Assembly (NCBI GenBank): GCA_027371545.1
Contig: DAHXMW010000001.1
Coordinates: 9,378 to 73,377, forward strand
DNA: 64,000 bases
Direction of reading: 5' to 3'
DNA from: Candidatus Micrarchaeota archaeon
Lineage (GTDB): Archaea > Micrarchaeota > Micrarchaeia > Micrarchaeales > CABMGC01
The notes under the pieces are model-generated. The model saw nothing but the letters and a program-made list of their open reading frames with translations, made no database searches and was not told the DNA's origin. The first letter of the stretch is position 1. Each line of letters starts with the position of its first letter. This document shows positions 18,393 through 27,869 of this stretch, one piece after another. The translations under genes and the position numbers were made by a program.

Positions 18393-20569
18393 GCCTTCTT
18401 TCTTGCGCGCTGCTTCTTCTTAAGGGAAGTCTTGCGGTTTTTCTTTAAGGCCTTGGCCTTTGCAGGAGCTGCATCTGCAGCAGGCACCTGCACTGAAGCC
18501 TGCGCTTCATTCGGTGCGCTTGCTTTAGGTGTCGCCCATCCTTCCTTGCTCTTGCACAGCGGATCAAGGTCCATCTCGAAGACCCTCTTTCCCCTGCGAA
18601 ATACCTTTACCTTTGGGGTATTGCACATCTCGCATATCTTGCCGGTGGGAACTATGAGTGCATTCTGCGGAACAGGGTATGTGATAGTGCACTGTGGCCA
18701 GTTGGTGCATCCTACGAAATTCTTTCCTGTCTTGGATCTCTTAAGCATCAGGTTTCCTCCGCACTTGCACTTCCCAAGTGATTTCGAGAGCTCACTCTCC
18801 CTGAATCCCTTTGCCAGCTCCTTTCCTATGCTGCTCTCATTCGCCTTAAACTCATCTATTATCCTTGAGATAAGATCCATGCCTTCTTTCAGCGCGTCGC
18901 CTTCCTTGAGCTTGCCCCTGGCTATCTCCTCCATGTCCCCTTCAAGCTTTCTGGTAAGCTCCTCGTCAAGTATCTCCTTGCAGTATCCGCTAAGCGCTTC
19001 ATATATGCTCATGCCAAGCGCAGTAACCTCTATTCGTGAGCCCTTGACATAGTCTCTCCTGAATAACGTATCTATAACCTCAGTCCTTGTTGCCTTGGTG
19101 CCTAGGTTCTTCTTCTCCAGGAGCGCTATCAGGCTCGCTTTCGAATACCTATTAGGCGGCTCTGTCCTGCCTTCCTTCATATGCACCTTGTCCGGCCTTA
19201 CAGATGAACCTTCTTTAAGTTCAGGCAGCGAAGCCTCCTTTGGCGAGTAATGCCTATACGTGGCAAGCCATCCACGCTCCTTTATAGAAAGCCCCTGCGC
19301 CGTATACTCCTCTCCGCCTGCGGAAAGAACAACGCTTGATTTAAGCAGCACCGCAGCCTCGCGGAAGCATGACAGGAACCTCCTCACTACAAGGTCATAG
19401 ACCTTCATCTCCTCCTCTCCAAGTCCTGATGGCACCTCTCCTGTAGGGTATATTGCCGGGTGAGCCTCATCCTTCTTTGCACCCTCAATCGGGCGGTATG
19501 CTCCCCTCTTCGATATCTCCTCTGTATCCTTGGCGTACGCATCCATCTTCGAGAGACCGGCTATTATCCTCTGGAAATTTATCGTAGGTGGCAACTTCTG
19601 CGACGCTGTCCTAGGATACGATATATAAGATTTTTCATAAAGGCTCTGGGCTATGGCAAGAGTGCGCGATGGGTCTATCCTGAATACCCTGCTAGCCTCA
19701 AGCTGCATAGATGTTAAGTCGAATGGAGGGAACGGGAAAAGCCTGCTCTCCTCTGATTTTATCTCCTTTACAAGCATCTCTGAAGAAGATGTTGCGTTGA
19801 GAGCAGCCTCAGCTTCTTCCTTGGCAAAAAAGTTGCCCTTGCGGTTCTCAAGCTCCAAATCCCCTATAAGCACAAGGACCTTCCAATATGGTCTTGACTT
19901 AAAATTCTTTATCTCGAGTTCCCGCTGCGCGAGTATCGAGAGCGTTGGGCCCTGTATCCTGCCTATGCTGAGCACTTTCTTTATGCCCCCTGTATTCACA
20001 GCACTCATAAGCGCTCTGCTGAGATTTATTCCCCACATCCAGTCGAGCATATGCCTGCTCTCCCCTGCATAGTAATTGTATATATCTATTCCTTCCATGC
20101 CTTCATACGCCCTGACTAGATCTGGCTTTGTGGTTGTCGAGAACTTCATTCTGCCTACATCAGACAGTTCGCCAGGGCTATTTGCATCGCCGTATCTTAC
20201 ATACTTTATTATGTTGGTCCCTATTACCGTGCCCTCAACATCGTAGTCGCATGCGTTTACGAATCCTGTGCACTTTTCCCCAACGTACTTTATCACATCA
20301 AGATATTTTTTGGTAAAATATGAATTTTTGTTTGCTTTATACGAGGGAACCCATTCCAGTTTGAATACTGGGAATGTTGCGCTTTCCGCCTGCCTGACAG
20401 TGAAAAGATGCCCTGCTGCCGCGACAACGAAGAGTGAGTCGCCGTCTTTTTCTATCTGGTAATATGAGACTCCATTGGAAAAGAGTCTCTTCGGTTTCCC
20501 ATCATCCGCGAGAGAAAGCGCAAGCCTGACTGCCACGCTTGGTTTCTCCGCTATTATAAGCTTATTCAT
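18389..20569 (-). CDS. topA: DNA topoisomerase I (type IA)
   Basis: IAEKPS, D.D.EG, GR.Q.P, ISYPRT catalytic Tyr, LGTKATR, C-terminal Zn ribbons. Confidence 0.97.
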   Translation of the reverse strand: MNKLIIAEKPSVAVRLALSLADDGKPKRLFSNGVSYYQIEKDGDSLFVVAAAGHLFTVRQAESATFPVFKLEWVPSYKANKNSYFTKKYLDVIKYVGEKCTGFVNACDYDVEGTVIGTNIIKYVRYGDANSPGELSDVGRMKFSTTTKPDLVRAYEGMEGIDIYNYYAGESRHMLDWMWGINLSRALMSAVNTGGIKKVLSIGRIQGPTLSILAQRELEIKNFKSRPYWKVLVLIGDLELENRKGNFFAKEEAEAALNATSSSEMLVKEIKSEESRLFPFPPFDLTSMQLEASRVFRIDPSRTLAIAQSLYEKSYISYPRTASQKLPPTINFQRIIAGLSKMDAYAKDTEEISKRGAYRPIEGAKKDEAHPAIYPTGEVPSGLGEEEMKVYDLVVRRFLSCFREAAVLLKSSVVLSAGGEEYTAQGLSIKERGWLATYRHYSPKEASLPELKEGSSVRPDKVHMKEGRTEPPNRYSKASLIALLEKKNLGTKATRTEVIDTLFRRDYVKGSRIEVTALGMSIYEALSGYCKEILDEELTRKLEGDMEEIARGKLKEGDALKEGMDLISRIIDEFKANESSIGKELAKGFRESELSKSLGKCKCGGNLMLKRSKTGKNFVGCTNWPQCTITYPVPQNALIVPTGKICEMCNTPKVKVFRRGKRVFEMDLDPLCKSKEGWATPKASAPNEAQASVQVPAADAAPAKAKALKKNRKTSLKKKQRARKKA

Positions 20570-20584
20570 AAAAACCAGTAAACA

Positions 20585-20818
20585 TCAACTGCGCCTGCCC
20601 TTATTATACTTCCTGTCCTTCTTCTCCTTCTCCTGGGCTTCGATATCTTCCCTCGCAAGCGACCTTGTCATGTAAAATCCTGCAGCCAAGTCGGCAATAA
20701 TGAGTATATAGAACACTATTCCTGGGCCTAAGGTAAAAAATGCGACAAGGGATAGAATGCTCAGGAATACCACTAAGACAGACATAATCTCCTGCCTTAC
20801 ATCTTCCTCTGCATCCAT
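20585..20818 (-). CDS. Small two-TM membrane protein
   Basis: 77 aa, two hydrophobic segments, charged tail; co-oriented upstream of topA. Confidence 0.65.
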   Translation of the reverse strand: MDAEEDVRQEIMSVLVVFLSILSLVAFFTLGPGIVFYILIIADLAAGFYMTRSLAREDIEAQEKEKKDRKYNKGRRS

Positions 20819-20882
20819 TATCTCAATCTCTTTAAATAGTTAATATTAAATAATATTGCGCTAAACCGCTCTTTGTGAGTAT

Positions 20883-21242
20883 ATGACAGGGGTTATACTG
20901 ATACTGGCTCTTACTGCTCTTGCAGCCTTGCTCGCTGCAATAGCACAATATATATTCAAGCTTCACATGAAGCGCTTTAGCTTCAGCATTGCTGGAATAT
21001 TGGACCTTTTGCTCACAAAGCAGATAATCCTTGGGCTTCTCATATACGGCGCAAGTTTTATAATATACCTTATTGCCCTCGGGCATGCTAGCCTGGTTTT
21101 TGTATATCCTGCATTCTCCAGCTCCTTTATATTCGTGATGCTTATCTCTGCCTTTTTCCTCAAGGAACGCATAAGCGCACGGCGTGCAGCTGGTATGATG
21201 CTTATAGTCTTGGGGATAACCCTGATTGCCCTTGCGCAGTGA
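20883..21242 (+). CDS. Small DMT/EamA-SMR family membrane protein
   Basis: 4 TM; Q..FK, L..VYP, FLKE.I....G..LI..G. Confidence 0.8.
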   Translation: MTGVILILALTALAALLAAIAQYIFKLHMKRFSFSIAGILDLLLTKQIILGLLIYGASFIIYLIALGHASLVFVYPAFSSSFIFVMLISAFFLKERISARRAAGMMLIVLGITLIALAQ

Positions 21243-21246
21243 TCAA

Positions 21247-21591
21247 ATGCCAAACAAAAACACCAAGATTTATCTTGCAGAAGTCCTTATACTCAGTACC
21301 TTCCTCGGCGGCCTAGGACAGCTCCTATTCAAGGCTGGCCTCCTTGAGCTTCAGCCCATCTACATGATTCTTGCGATACTTACAGGGCTTGTGGCATACG
21401 GGATATCTACGCTTCTTTATTTCTACGCTCTCGGGAGAGAGCACCTCAGCTGGGTATACGGATTTAGCGGTTTAAGTTACATCTTCACATGGATACTTGC
21501 ATACCTGTTTCTGGGCGAGGCGACAACCTTGCTTGGCACAATAGGCGTGCTGCTGATAGCAATTGGGGTTGCGCTATCAGGTACCAGTTAA
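21247..21591 (+). CDS. Small DMT/EamA-SMR family membrane protein (second of pair)
   Basis: 4 TM; GQLLFK, LS.VY, LFLGE......G..LI..G. Confidence 0.8.
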   Translation: MPNKNTKIYLAEVLILSTFLGGLGQLLFKAGLLELQPIYMILAILTGLVAYGISTLLYFYALGREHLSWVYGFSGLSYIFTWILAYLFLGEATTLLGTIGVLLIAIGVALSGTS

Positions 21592-21594
21592 CTC

Positions 21595-21942
21595 TTACTC
21601 TTCATCCACTTCCTTATCCTTCTTCCCGCTTTTTTTCTGGCGCCTCTCCTCGGATTCCACCAATTCCATGCCTATTGTGGCAAATTTATAGCCTACGCTG
21701 GCAAAGAGGAAGAAAAGCCCGACTTTTATTGCGCTAACGAATATCACTGAGAATTGCGATGACAGCGAGAATGAGAAGTTATTTATGCTTGCAGGTATGC
21801 TGGAATTAGAGCCTGCAAGGGGCGCATAAACCTGCGAATAGCTGCTAAGGCTTATATAAAGGCCGTATCCAAGCAGCAGTGCAAGGAGTATAAGAAGTAA
21901 TCCTAATACAAAGAGAGCATAACCAAGATATCTGCTGTCCAT
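21595..21942 (-). CDS. Membrane protein of unknown function
   Basis: Two TM segments and a charged tail; start moved to MDSRY. Confidence 0.65.
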   Translation of the reverse strand: MDSRYLGYALFVLGLLLILLALLLGYGLYISLSSYSQVYAPLAGSNSSIPASINNFSFSLSSQFSVIFVSAIKVGLFFLFASVGYKFATIGMELVESEERRQKKSGKKDKEVDEE

Positions 21943-22056
21943 GCTTAATCTCACTGGGGCAAAATATATATACATTGGCAGGAAGAAGAGCATTGCTACC
22001 ACGCACAAATCATTGCCAACGCTCCATGCGGCGCATGAATGCAAAAGGTTATAGCT

Positions 22057-23001
22057 ATGGATCAGAAAACAGGAAGTGGCCCATCAAGAAGGAATAATAA
22101 ATTCGGTCAGTATCTAGGCGTAGCGCTGCTGATGATAATTCTTGTCATTATACTCACTTATGTCTTTGTTGATTACGCAACAGCAACAATAGACGAGCTC
22201 ACAAGGGCGATATCTGCAGGGATATTCGGCATAGGGGTAATAGAGGTAGTAGCATACCTGCTTTACAAATATTCGCGTACAACCATAATAAAATCAGAAG
22301 CAAAGACACTTGCCAATCTATTCAGGGTCACTGCTTATACCGCACTCGCGCTGATAATACTCTCAATCCTGAACATAAACGTAACGGGGCTCCTGATAAG
22401 CGCAGGATTCCTTGGTATAGTTCTCGGTCTCGCTGCACAATCAACACTGGGGAATTTCATAGCTGGCCTTTCCCTTCTGATAGCAAGACCATTCTATCCT
22501 GATGACTATGTGACTATAATAACATGGCAATACGGGGCCCAGCCTCCTTCATTCAGCCATTCAAAGTTCGTCCCCGGATATGTGGGAACAATAGACAACA
22601 TCGGCCTTATGTATACAAAAATAATAGACGAGTCAGGCACTCCTGTATACATACCAAACAACATAATAAACCAGTCACTGGTCCTGAACCATAAACGCGC
22701 AAAAGATCATCCGATGACGATTCTCATAGAAGTGCCAAATGAGGTAAAGCTGACTGGGATCGAGGAGAAGATAAAGAAGTTCTTTTCGGATAACGGCATA
22801 CAGTTCTATGAAGATACGGTAAAGGTGGAGTATGCAGGGCTTTCATCTTACATGCTAACAGTAATAATCAGGGTTAACGACCACAGGGCAGAAGCGCAAC
22901 GACTGAAGTTATACAGGGAGCTTATAGACTACATATCTACGGCGAGAGGCGACCAAAAGGGAAGGAATCAGAAGAGCCTCGGTTCGTCAGGGAAGTCTTG
23001 A
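22057..23001 (+). CDS. mscS: Small-conductance mechanosensitive channel
   Basis: AG.LGIVLGLAAQ.TL.N.IAG, PF..DD, G.I..IG..YT, IPN. Confidence 0.9.
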   Translation: MDQKTGSGPSRRNNKFGQYLGVALLMIILVIILTYVFVDYATATIDELTRAISAGIFGIGVIEVVAYLLYKYSRTTIIKSEAKTLANLFRVTAYTALALIILSILNINVTGLLISAGFLGIVLGLAAQSTLGNFIAGLSLLIARPFYPDDYVTIITWQYGAQPPSFSHSKFVPGYVGTIDNIGLMYTKIIDESGTPVYIPNNIINQSLVLNHKRAKDHPMTILIEVPNEVKLTGIEEKIKKFFSDNGIQFYEDTVKVEYAGLSSYMLTVIIRVNDHRAEAQRLKLYRELIDYISTARGDQKGRNQKSLGSSGKS

Positions 23002-23022
23002 ACTGAAAGTAAAACTATTTTC

Positions 23023-23037
23023 AGAAAGGTTTATAAA
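23023..23037 (+). promoter_or_regulatory. BRE-TATA element upstream of a candidate small RNA
   Basis: AGAAAGG-TTTATAAA; first 11 nt identical to the element upstream of tfb (46581). Confidence 0.55.
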
Positions 23038-23060
23038 CTGCTATATTCTATTTAATGCTT

Positions 23061-23114
23061 CGTGCGTTTAGAGTATTCTATTCATTTTCCCCACCCTCTA
23101 AACGCCGCTTTTTT
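23061..23114 (+). ncRNA. Candidate ~50-nt hairpin small RNA (alternatively a terminator hairpin)
   Basis: 10-bp stem GCGTTTAGAG/CTCTAAACGC, 22-nt loop, followed by T6; starts ~24 nt after the TATA box. Confidence 0.4.
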
Positions 23115-23242
23115 ATACATAAAACAGCTGCTGCACTGATGTAGCCGAAGTGCAGCCATATATTCAATATCCCTAAATAAATGCCACAAATTTTTATAGT
23201 TATACATGCAGATTATCTTGCTATTTGTAAAAAACTGGTTCC

Positions 23243-25207
23243 ATGAAGCGGTTCAAGACAACAGAGAGCATAAAGATACCATCAAGGCTAGTCGACCAGG
23301 TCATAGGCCAGGAAAATGCAGTCGAGATAATAAAGAAAGCTGCGAAGCAGAACAGGAATGTCCTACTTATAGGCGAGCCTGGAACTGGCAAGACGATGCT
23401 GGCGCAGGCTATAGCGGAGCTTCTACCTTCAGCCGATCTTGAGGATGTCTTAGTATACAAGAATCCAAATGACGAGAATAAGCCCATTGTAAAGTGCGTA
23501 AAGACATATCCAAAGCCGCCCGAGGCTGGAAAACCACTTCCAGACGGTCAGGGCAGGCAGATTGTCCAGAAAGAGCGCATGAAGGGCAAGATGCAGCCCT
23601 CGCAGGGAAGAAGCCTACTTATACCAATTATATTCATAATAGTAGTTGCGCTTGCGATACTCTCCTTCACCCCATTTGTAAAAGGCAATCAGATAATCCT
23701 CCTCAGCGCAATAATACTCGGCGTGCTGATATTCGGTTCTATGGCCTTATTCATAAGCGGGTTCAGGAGAGTAGGGATAATGCCTGGGGTGTTCGAGGCC
23801 AACGAGGCAAAACTGATAGTCGACAACACTGGCATGGCGCATGCCCCGTTTGTAGATGCTACCGGATCGAAGGCAGGGTCCCTCTTCGGAGATGTGAAGC
23901 ATGACCCGTTGCAGTCAGGAGGGCTAGGAACACCGCCGCATCTGAGAGTCGAGAGCGGTTCTGTGCACAAGGCAAACAAAGGCGTTCTCTTTATAGACGA
24001 AGTAGCAGATTTGGAGCCAAAATCGCAGCAGGAACTCCTTACGGCAATGCAGGAAAAGAAATATCCAATAACAGGGCAGAGCGAATTAAGCTCTGGAGCG
24101 CTCGTCAGAACTGAGCCGGTGCCATGCGACTTTCTACTCGTAGCTGCTGGGAACCTGCAGGACATACAGAAGATGCATCCTGCACTGAGATCAAGGATAA
24201 GGGGATATGGGTACGAAGTGTACATGGAGTCTACGATGCCTGATACGGAGAAGAATAGGGAGAAGCTCGTTACTTTCATAGCCCAGGAAATAAAAAAAGA
24301 TGCCAAGATACCTCCATTCACATACGAGGCTTGTATGGCAGTAATAAATGAGGCACGAAGGAGAAGCGGAAGGAAGGGCAAGCTCACTCTTGCACTAAGG
24401 GATCTAGGCGGGCTGATAAGGGCTGCAGGAGATATAGCCAAAGAGAACAAGGAGAGCGCGGTATCGGAAAAAGATGTAAAAGCAGCGCTTACTCTTGCAA
24501 AGCCAATAGAAGCACAGCTGGTCGAGCAGTCGCTGGAGTACAGGAAGGACTATCAGATATTCAGGACAAGCGGTTTTGCAATAGGGCGTGTAAATGGCCT
24601 TGCGATAGTCGGGTCGTCATACTTATCATCAGGGGTGGTACTTCCTATAGTCGCAGAGGTAACGCCTGCAAGCTCAAAGACAGAAGGCAAGCTCATACCA
24701 ACCGGCAAGCTTGGGAAGATAGCACAGGAAGCGGTAAAGAACATAAGCGCAGTAATAAAGAAGCATATGCAGAGGGACATAACGCAATATGATATACACG
24801 TGCAATTCATGCAGACATATGAAGGCGTCGAGGGTGACAGCGCAAGCATATCAGTTGCAGTTGCTGTAATCTCAGCTCTCGAAGGCATACCTGTAAACCA
24901 GGAAGTCGCCATGACGGGGTCCCTTTCCGTAAGGGGCGATGTACTTCCTGTAGGAGGAGTGACAAACAAGGTCTCCGCTGCGATAACCGCAGGAATAAAA
25001 TCAGTAATAGTGCCCGAATCAAACGTAAAAGACATACTGCTCGAAAAGGATCAGATGAAGAGGGTAAAGATAATCAAGGCATCAAATATAGCTGACGTTT
25101 TACAGGTTGCCCTCAAAGACAGTTCAAGGAAGAGGGAGATAATACAAAAACTCAGGAAATACATAACTGCAGATAATAAAGAAAGGCCTGAAGAGAAACA
25201 GGGATAG
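23243..25207 (+). CDS. lonB: Membrane-anchored ATP-dependent protease LonB
   Basis: GEPGTGKT, two-TM insert, FIDE, EGDSAS (Ser) and GGVTNK (Lys) dyad. Confidence 0.97.
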   Translation: MKRFKTTESIKIPSRLVDQVIGQENAVEIIKKAAKQNRNVLLIGEPGTGKTMLAQAIAELLPSADLEDVLVYKNPNDENKPIVKCVKTYPKPPEAGKPLPDGQGRQIVQKERMKGKMQPSQGRSLLIPIIFIIVVALAILSFTPFVKGNQIILLSAIILGVLIFGSMALFISGFRRVGIMPGVFEANEAKLIVDNTGMAHAPFVDATGSKAGSLFGDVKHDPLQSGGLGTPPHLRVESGSVHKANKGVLFIDEVADLEPKSQQELLTAMQEKKYPITGQSELSSGALVRTEPVPCDFLLVAAGNLQDIQKMHPALRSRIRGYGYEVYMESTMPDTEKNREKLVTFIAQEIKKDAKIPPFTYEACMAVINEARRRSGRKGKLTLALRDLGGLIRAAGDIAKENKESAVSEKDVKAALTLAKPIEAQLVEQSLEYRKDYQIFRTSGFAIGRVNGLAIVGSSYLSSGVVLPIVAEVTPASSKTEGKLIPTGKLGKIAQEAVKNISAVIKKHMQRDITQYDIHVQFMQTYEGVEGDSASISVAVAVISALEGIPVNQEVAMTGSLSVRGDVLPVGGVTNKVSAAITAGIKSVIVPESNVKDILLEKDQMKRVKIIKASNIADVLQVALKDSSRKREIIQKLRKYITADNKERPEEKQG

Positions 25208-25208
25208 G

Positions 25209-26348
25209 ATGGCGGCACGGAAAGATACAAAAAAAGCGCCTTCAGAGGCGTCTATGCAAGACAATGCTACAGAGAGGCTTGAGGCAATGGGCCGCTCGCT
25301 GCTCATAGACATAAATAATGGCACCCCTCCAAAGTTCACAACGACTGCGAGGACGCGGTCAAATATAATATTCGACGAGAGCAAGGGCTACCTGAAACTC
25401 GGTCCTGCAAAAGAAGAGCGTAATTTCTTGAATATCTCCCAGTCAAAGAGATTCATGCAGACAATAGCCATAGCGTCAAAATGCCACAAGTTCCTGAACG
25501 AGAACCTGCATACTACGATAAGGGGCCTCTATTACCAGCTCAAATTCTCTCTTGGCGAGGATGTTGACGAGAATATATTCAGCGAGCAATCCGAGTCAAA
25601 TCCACTTATAGAGGATCTTGAGGTGGCACTCGGAGTAAACAGGGAAAACCTTAACCTAAATGCAAACAGGAAAGGGGTTCTAGCCGGCAGGATGAAGGTG
25701 ATAGACCGCTTCGGGGACGAAAAGACAGAGATAGACTGTTCAAAGCAGGGGAGAAGCGGATGGGCTATACCGAGCGATGTAGACAACGACATAGAATTCG
25801 TGGATATAGACGCCAAATACGTTCTTGTGGTTGAGAAAGATGCCCTCTGGCAGAGGCTAAACGAAGACGGTCTATGGAAGAAAGAAAATGCGATACTGAT
25901 AACTCCTCAGGGCCAGGCGGCGCGGGGAACAAGACGTATAATAAGGAAGCTTGCGGATAAAGGGCTTCCAATATATGTATTTACGGATTCGGATGCGTGG
26001 GGCTGGTATATCTACTGGACCATAAAGACCGGGAGCATAAACCTTGCTTATATAGGATCTGATGTCGCAACTCCTGAAGCAAAATTTATAGGCGTGACCA
26101 TGTCGGACCTAGACAAGTACGAATTCCTGAATAAGATGACAATACATGCAACCGAGGTGGATTTGAAGCGCGCGCAGGAGATGCTTGATTACACATGGAT
26201 AAAAGGCAACAAGGGCTGGGTAAACGAGCTCCAGCGAATGATAAAGTCAAAGAAGAAGCTTGAGCAGGACGCGCTCCAAGGCCCTAGGCTTACATTTGTA
26301 GACGATTACATAAACGAGAAGATACGGAATAAGGAATATCTTTCGTGA
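25209..26348 (+). CDS. top6A: DNA topoisomerase VI subunit A (Spo11 family)
   Basis: TIRGLYY catalytic Tyr, VVEK and D.D TOPRIM motifs, KLEQ. Confidence 0.92.
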   Translation: MAARKDTKKAPSEASMQDNATERLEAMGRSLLIDINNGTPPKFTTTARTRSNIIFDESKGYLKLGPAKEERNFLNISQSKRFMQTIAIASKCHKFLNENLHTTIRGLYYQLKFSLGEDVDENIFSEQSESNPLIEDLEVALGVNRENLNLNANRKGVLAGRMKVIDRFGDEKTEIDCSKQGRSGWAIPSDVDNDIEFVDIDAKYVLVVEKDALWQRLNEDGLWKKENAILITPQGQAARGTRRIIRKLADKGLPIYVFTDSDAWGWYIYWTIKTGSINLAYIGSDVATPEAKFIGVTMSDLDKYEFLNKMTIHATEVDLKRAQEMLDYTWIKGNKGWVNELQRMIKSKKKLEQDALQGPRLTFVDDYINEKIRNKEYLS

Positions 26349-26349
26349 A

Positions 26350-26985
26350 TTAATCCTTTATTGTGTTGCTTGAAGGGCAGAGCTCATTAAGCACACATCC
26401 CCCGCATTTCTTAATCCTTGCAGTGCAGACATCCCTTCCAAGCTCTATGAAATGATTAGATACTTCGCACCATCTATCCTTCTCAAACCTTCTCATAAGG
26501 TCCTTTTCAACCTTGTACGGATCCATGTGCCTGCTGAGTCCGAGCCTTCTGGCTACCCGGCCACAGTGCGTATCTACTGCAATGCCCTCGCATATTCCGT
26601 AACCCTCTTCAAGTATTACATTGGCCACCTTCCTTCCTATCCCTGGCATTCTGGTAAGTTCGCCTATGCTTCTTGGGACCGTGCCTCCAAAATCCATTAC
26701 CAGCATGTTGCAGGAGGCTTTTAGATTCCTTGCTTTCGTCTTGTAGTAATTAAGTCCTTTCAGGTAGCGCCTAAGAACCCTTATGTCCACATCGGCATAG
26801 TCATTAAAGCTTCTAAACCTGCGAAATAGTTTCTTGGTGACATTGTTTACCTGCTTGTCTGTGCATTGTGGGGAGAGAAAGACAGCCACGAAGAGCTCCT
26901 CCATGCTTTTATGTGCAAGCTGCGTGTGAAGGTCCCTCCCATAGCGCATCCCAAGCCTATCCAGTATCTCACTCTCGCGAGCCAT
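26350..26985 (-). CDS. nth: Endonuclease III
   Basis: LS.Q.TD, PGIGRK.AN, VDTH, C-x6-C-x2-C-x5-C Fe-S motif. Confidence 0.95.
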   Translation of the reverse strand: MARESEILDRLGMRYGRDLHTQLAHKSMEELFVAVFLSPQCTDKQVNNVTKKLFRRFRSFNDYADVDIRVLRRYLKGLNYYKTKARNLKASCNMLVMDFGGTVPRSIGELTRMPGIGRKVANVILEEGYGICEGIAVDTHCGRVARRLGLSRHMDPYKVEKDLMRRFEKDRWCEVSNHFIELGRDVCTARIKKCGGCVLNELCPSSNTIKD

Positions 26986-27021
26986 AAAACTATTTAAGCG
27001 CCAACTGTTAAAAGTTATTCT

Positions 27022-27858
27022 ATGATTAGGAAGCCGTATGTTGCAGGCAGCTTCTATCCGCGCCAAAAGGCATCGTTGGAAAAAATGGTATTCTCGATGC
27101 TGTCAGACGCAGGGGAGCAGGAATGGGTTAGCAAAGGTACCAATGCGTTCATAACTCCTCATGCTGGAATATCCTACTCAGGAAAGACTGCGGCGTTCAC
27201 CTATGCCGCAATAGCGTCAAGGCTTAATAAAAAGGATGCAGACACTATAATAATTATAGGGCCTAATCACACTGGAATTGGCAATGAGATATCGCTCTCA
27301 GAGGCGACATGGGAGACTCCTATGGGAAAGTTTGACACTGATTTAGATATGGTAGAAGAGATACAGCGTTATGACGATAAGATATCGATTGACGAAGATG
27401 CTCACCGCATGGAGCATTCAATAGAGGTACAACTTCCATTCCTTTCCGCAGTAGCACCGAAAAAAAGCCTTATATGCGTATGCATGGGCATACAGTCATA
27501 CTACAACTCAAAGCTTATCGCAGAGGCAGTATTACACTCTGCAGAAAAAAACAATAGAGAGGCGATAACCATTGCAAGCTCTGATCTCAACCATTACGAG
27601 CCAGCACCTGTAGCATATATGCGCGATAAGCCGCTGATACGTGCGATAAAGGCGGCGGATCCTGACGGATTCTACAGGAGTGTCGAGGAATCTGGAAACA
27701 GTGCGTGCGGATACGGCCCTATAGCATCCGCAATGCTGATCTCAAAATCCCTAGGTGCAAAGAAGGGCATGGTACTAAATTATTCGAATTCAGGAAATTC
27801 TTCAACAGAAAATGATCACGGTGTAGTTTCATACATCAGTGCAGCATTCACAGATTAA
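27022..27858 (+). CDS. amrB: MEMO1/AmmeMemoRadiSam protein B
   Basis: R.P.VAG.FYP, PHAG..YSG, GPNH, EHSIEVQLPF, SSDL.HY, CG.GP. Confidence 0.92.
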   Translation: MIRKPYVAGSFYPRQKASLEKMVFSMLSDAGEQEWVSKGTNAFITPHAGISYSGKTAAFTYAAIASRLNKKDADTIIIIGPNHTGIGNEISLSEATWETPMGKFDTDLDMVEEIQRYDDKISIDEDAHRMEHSIEVQLPFLSAVAPKKSLICVCMGIQSYYNSKLIAEAVLHSAEKNNREAITIASSDLNHYEPAPVAYMRDKPLIRAIKAADPDGFYRSVEESGNSACGYGPIASAMLISKSLGAKKGMVLNYSNSGNSSTENDHGVVSYISAAFTD

Positions 27859-27869
27859 AAGGCGGTGAA

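Noticed and set aside
23689..25035. Long antisense ORFs (253 and 160 aa) inside lonB, and similar shadows over argF, topA, valS, ClC, PiT and the ATPase
   Set aside because: Ser/Ile/Phe-rich antisense shadows of well-supported genes, with no motifs.
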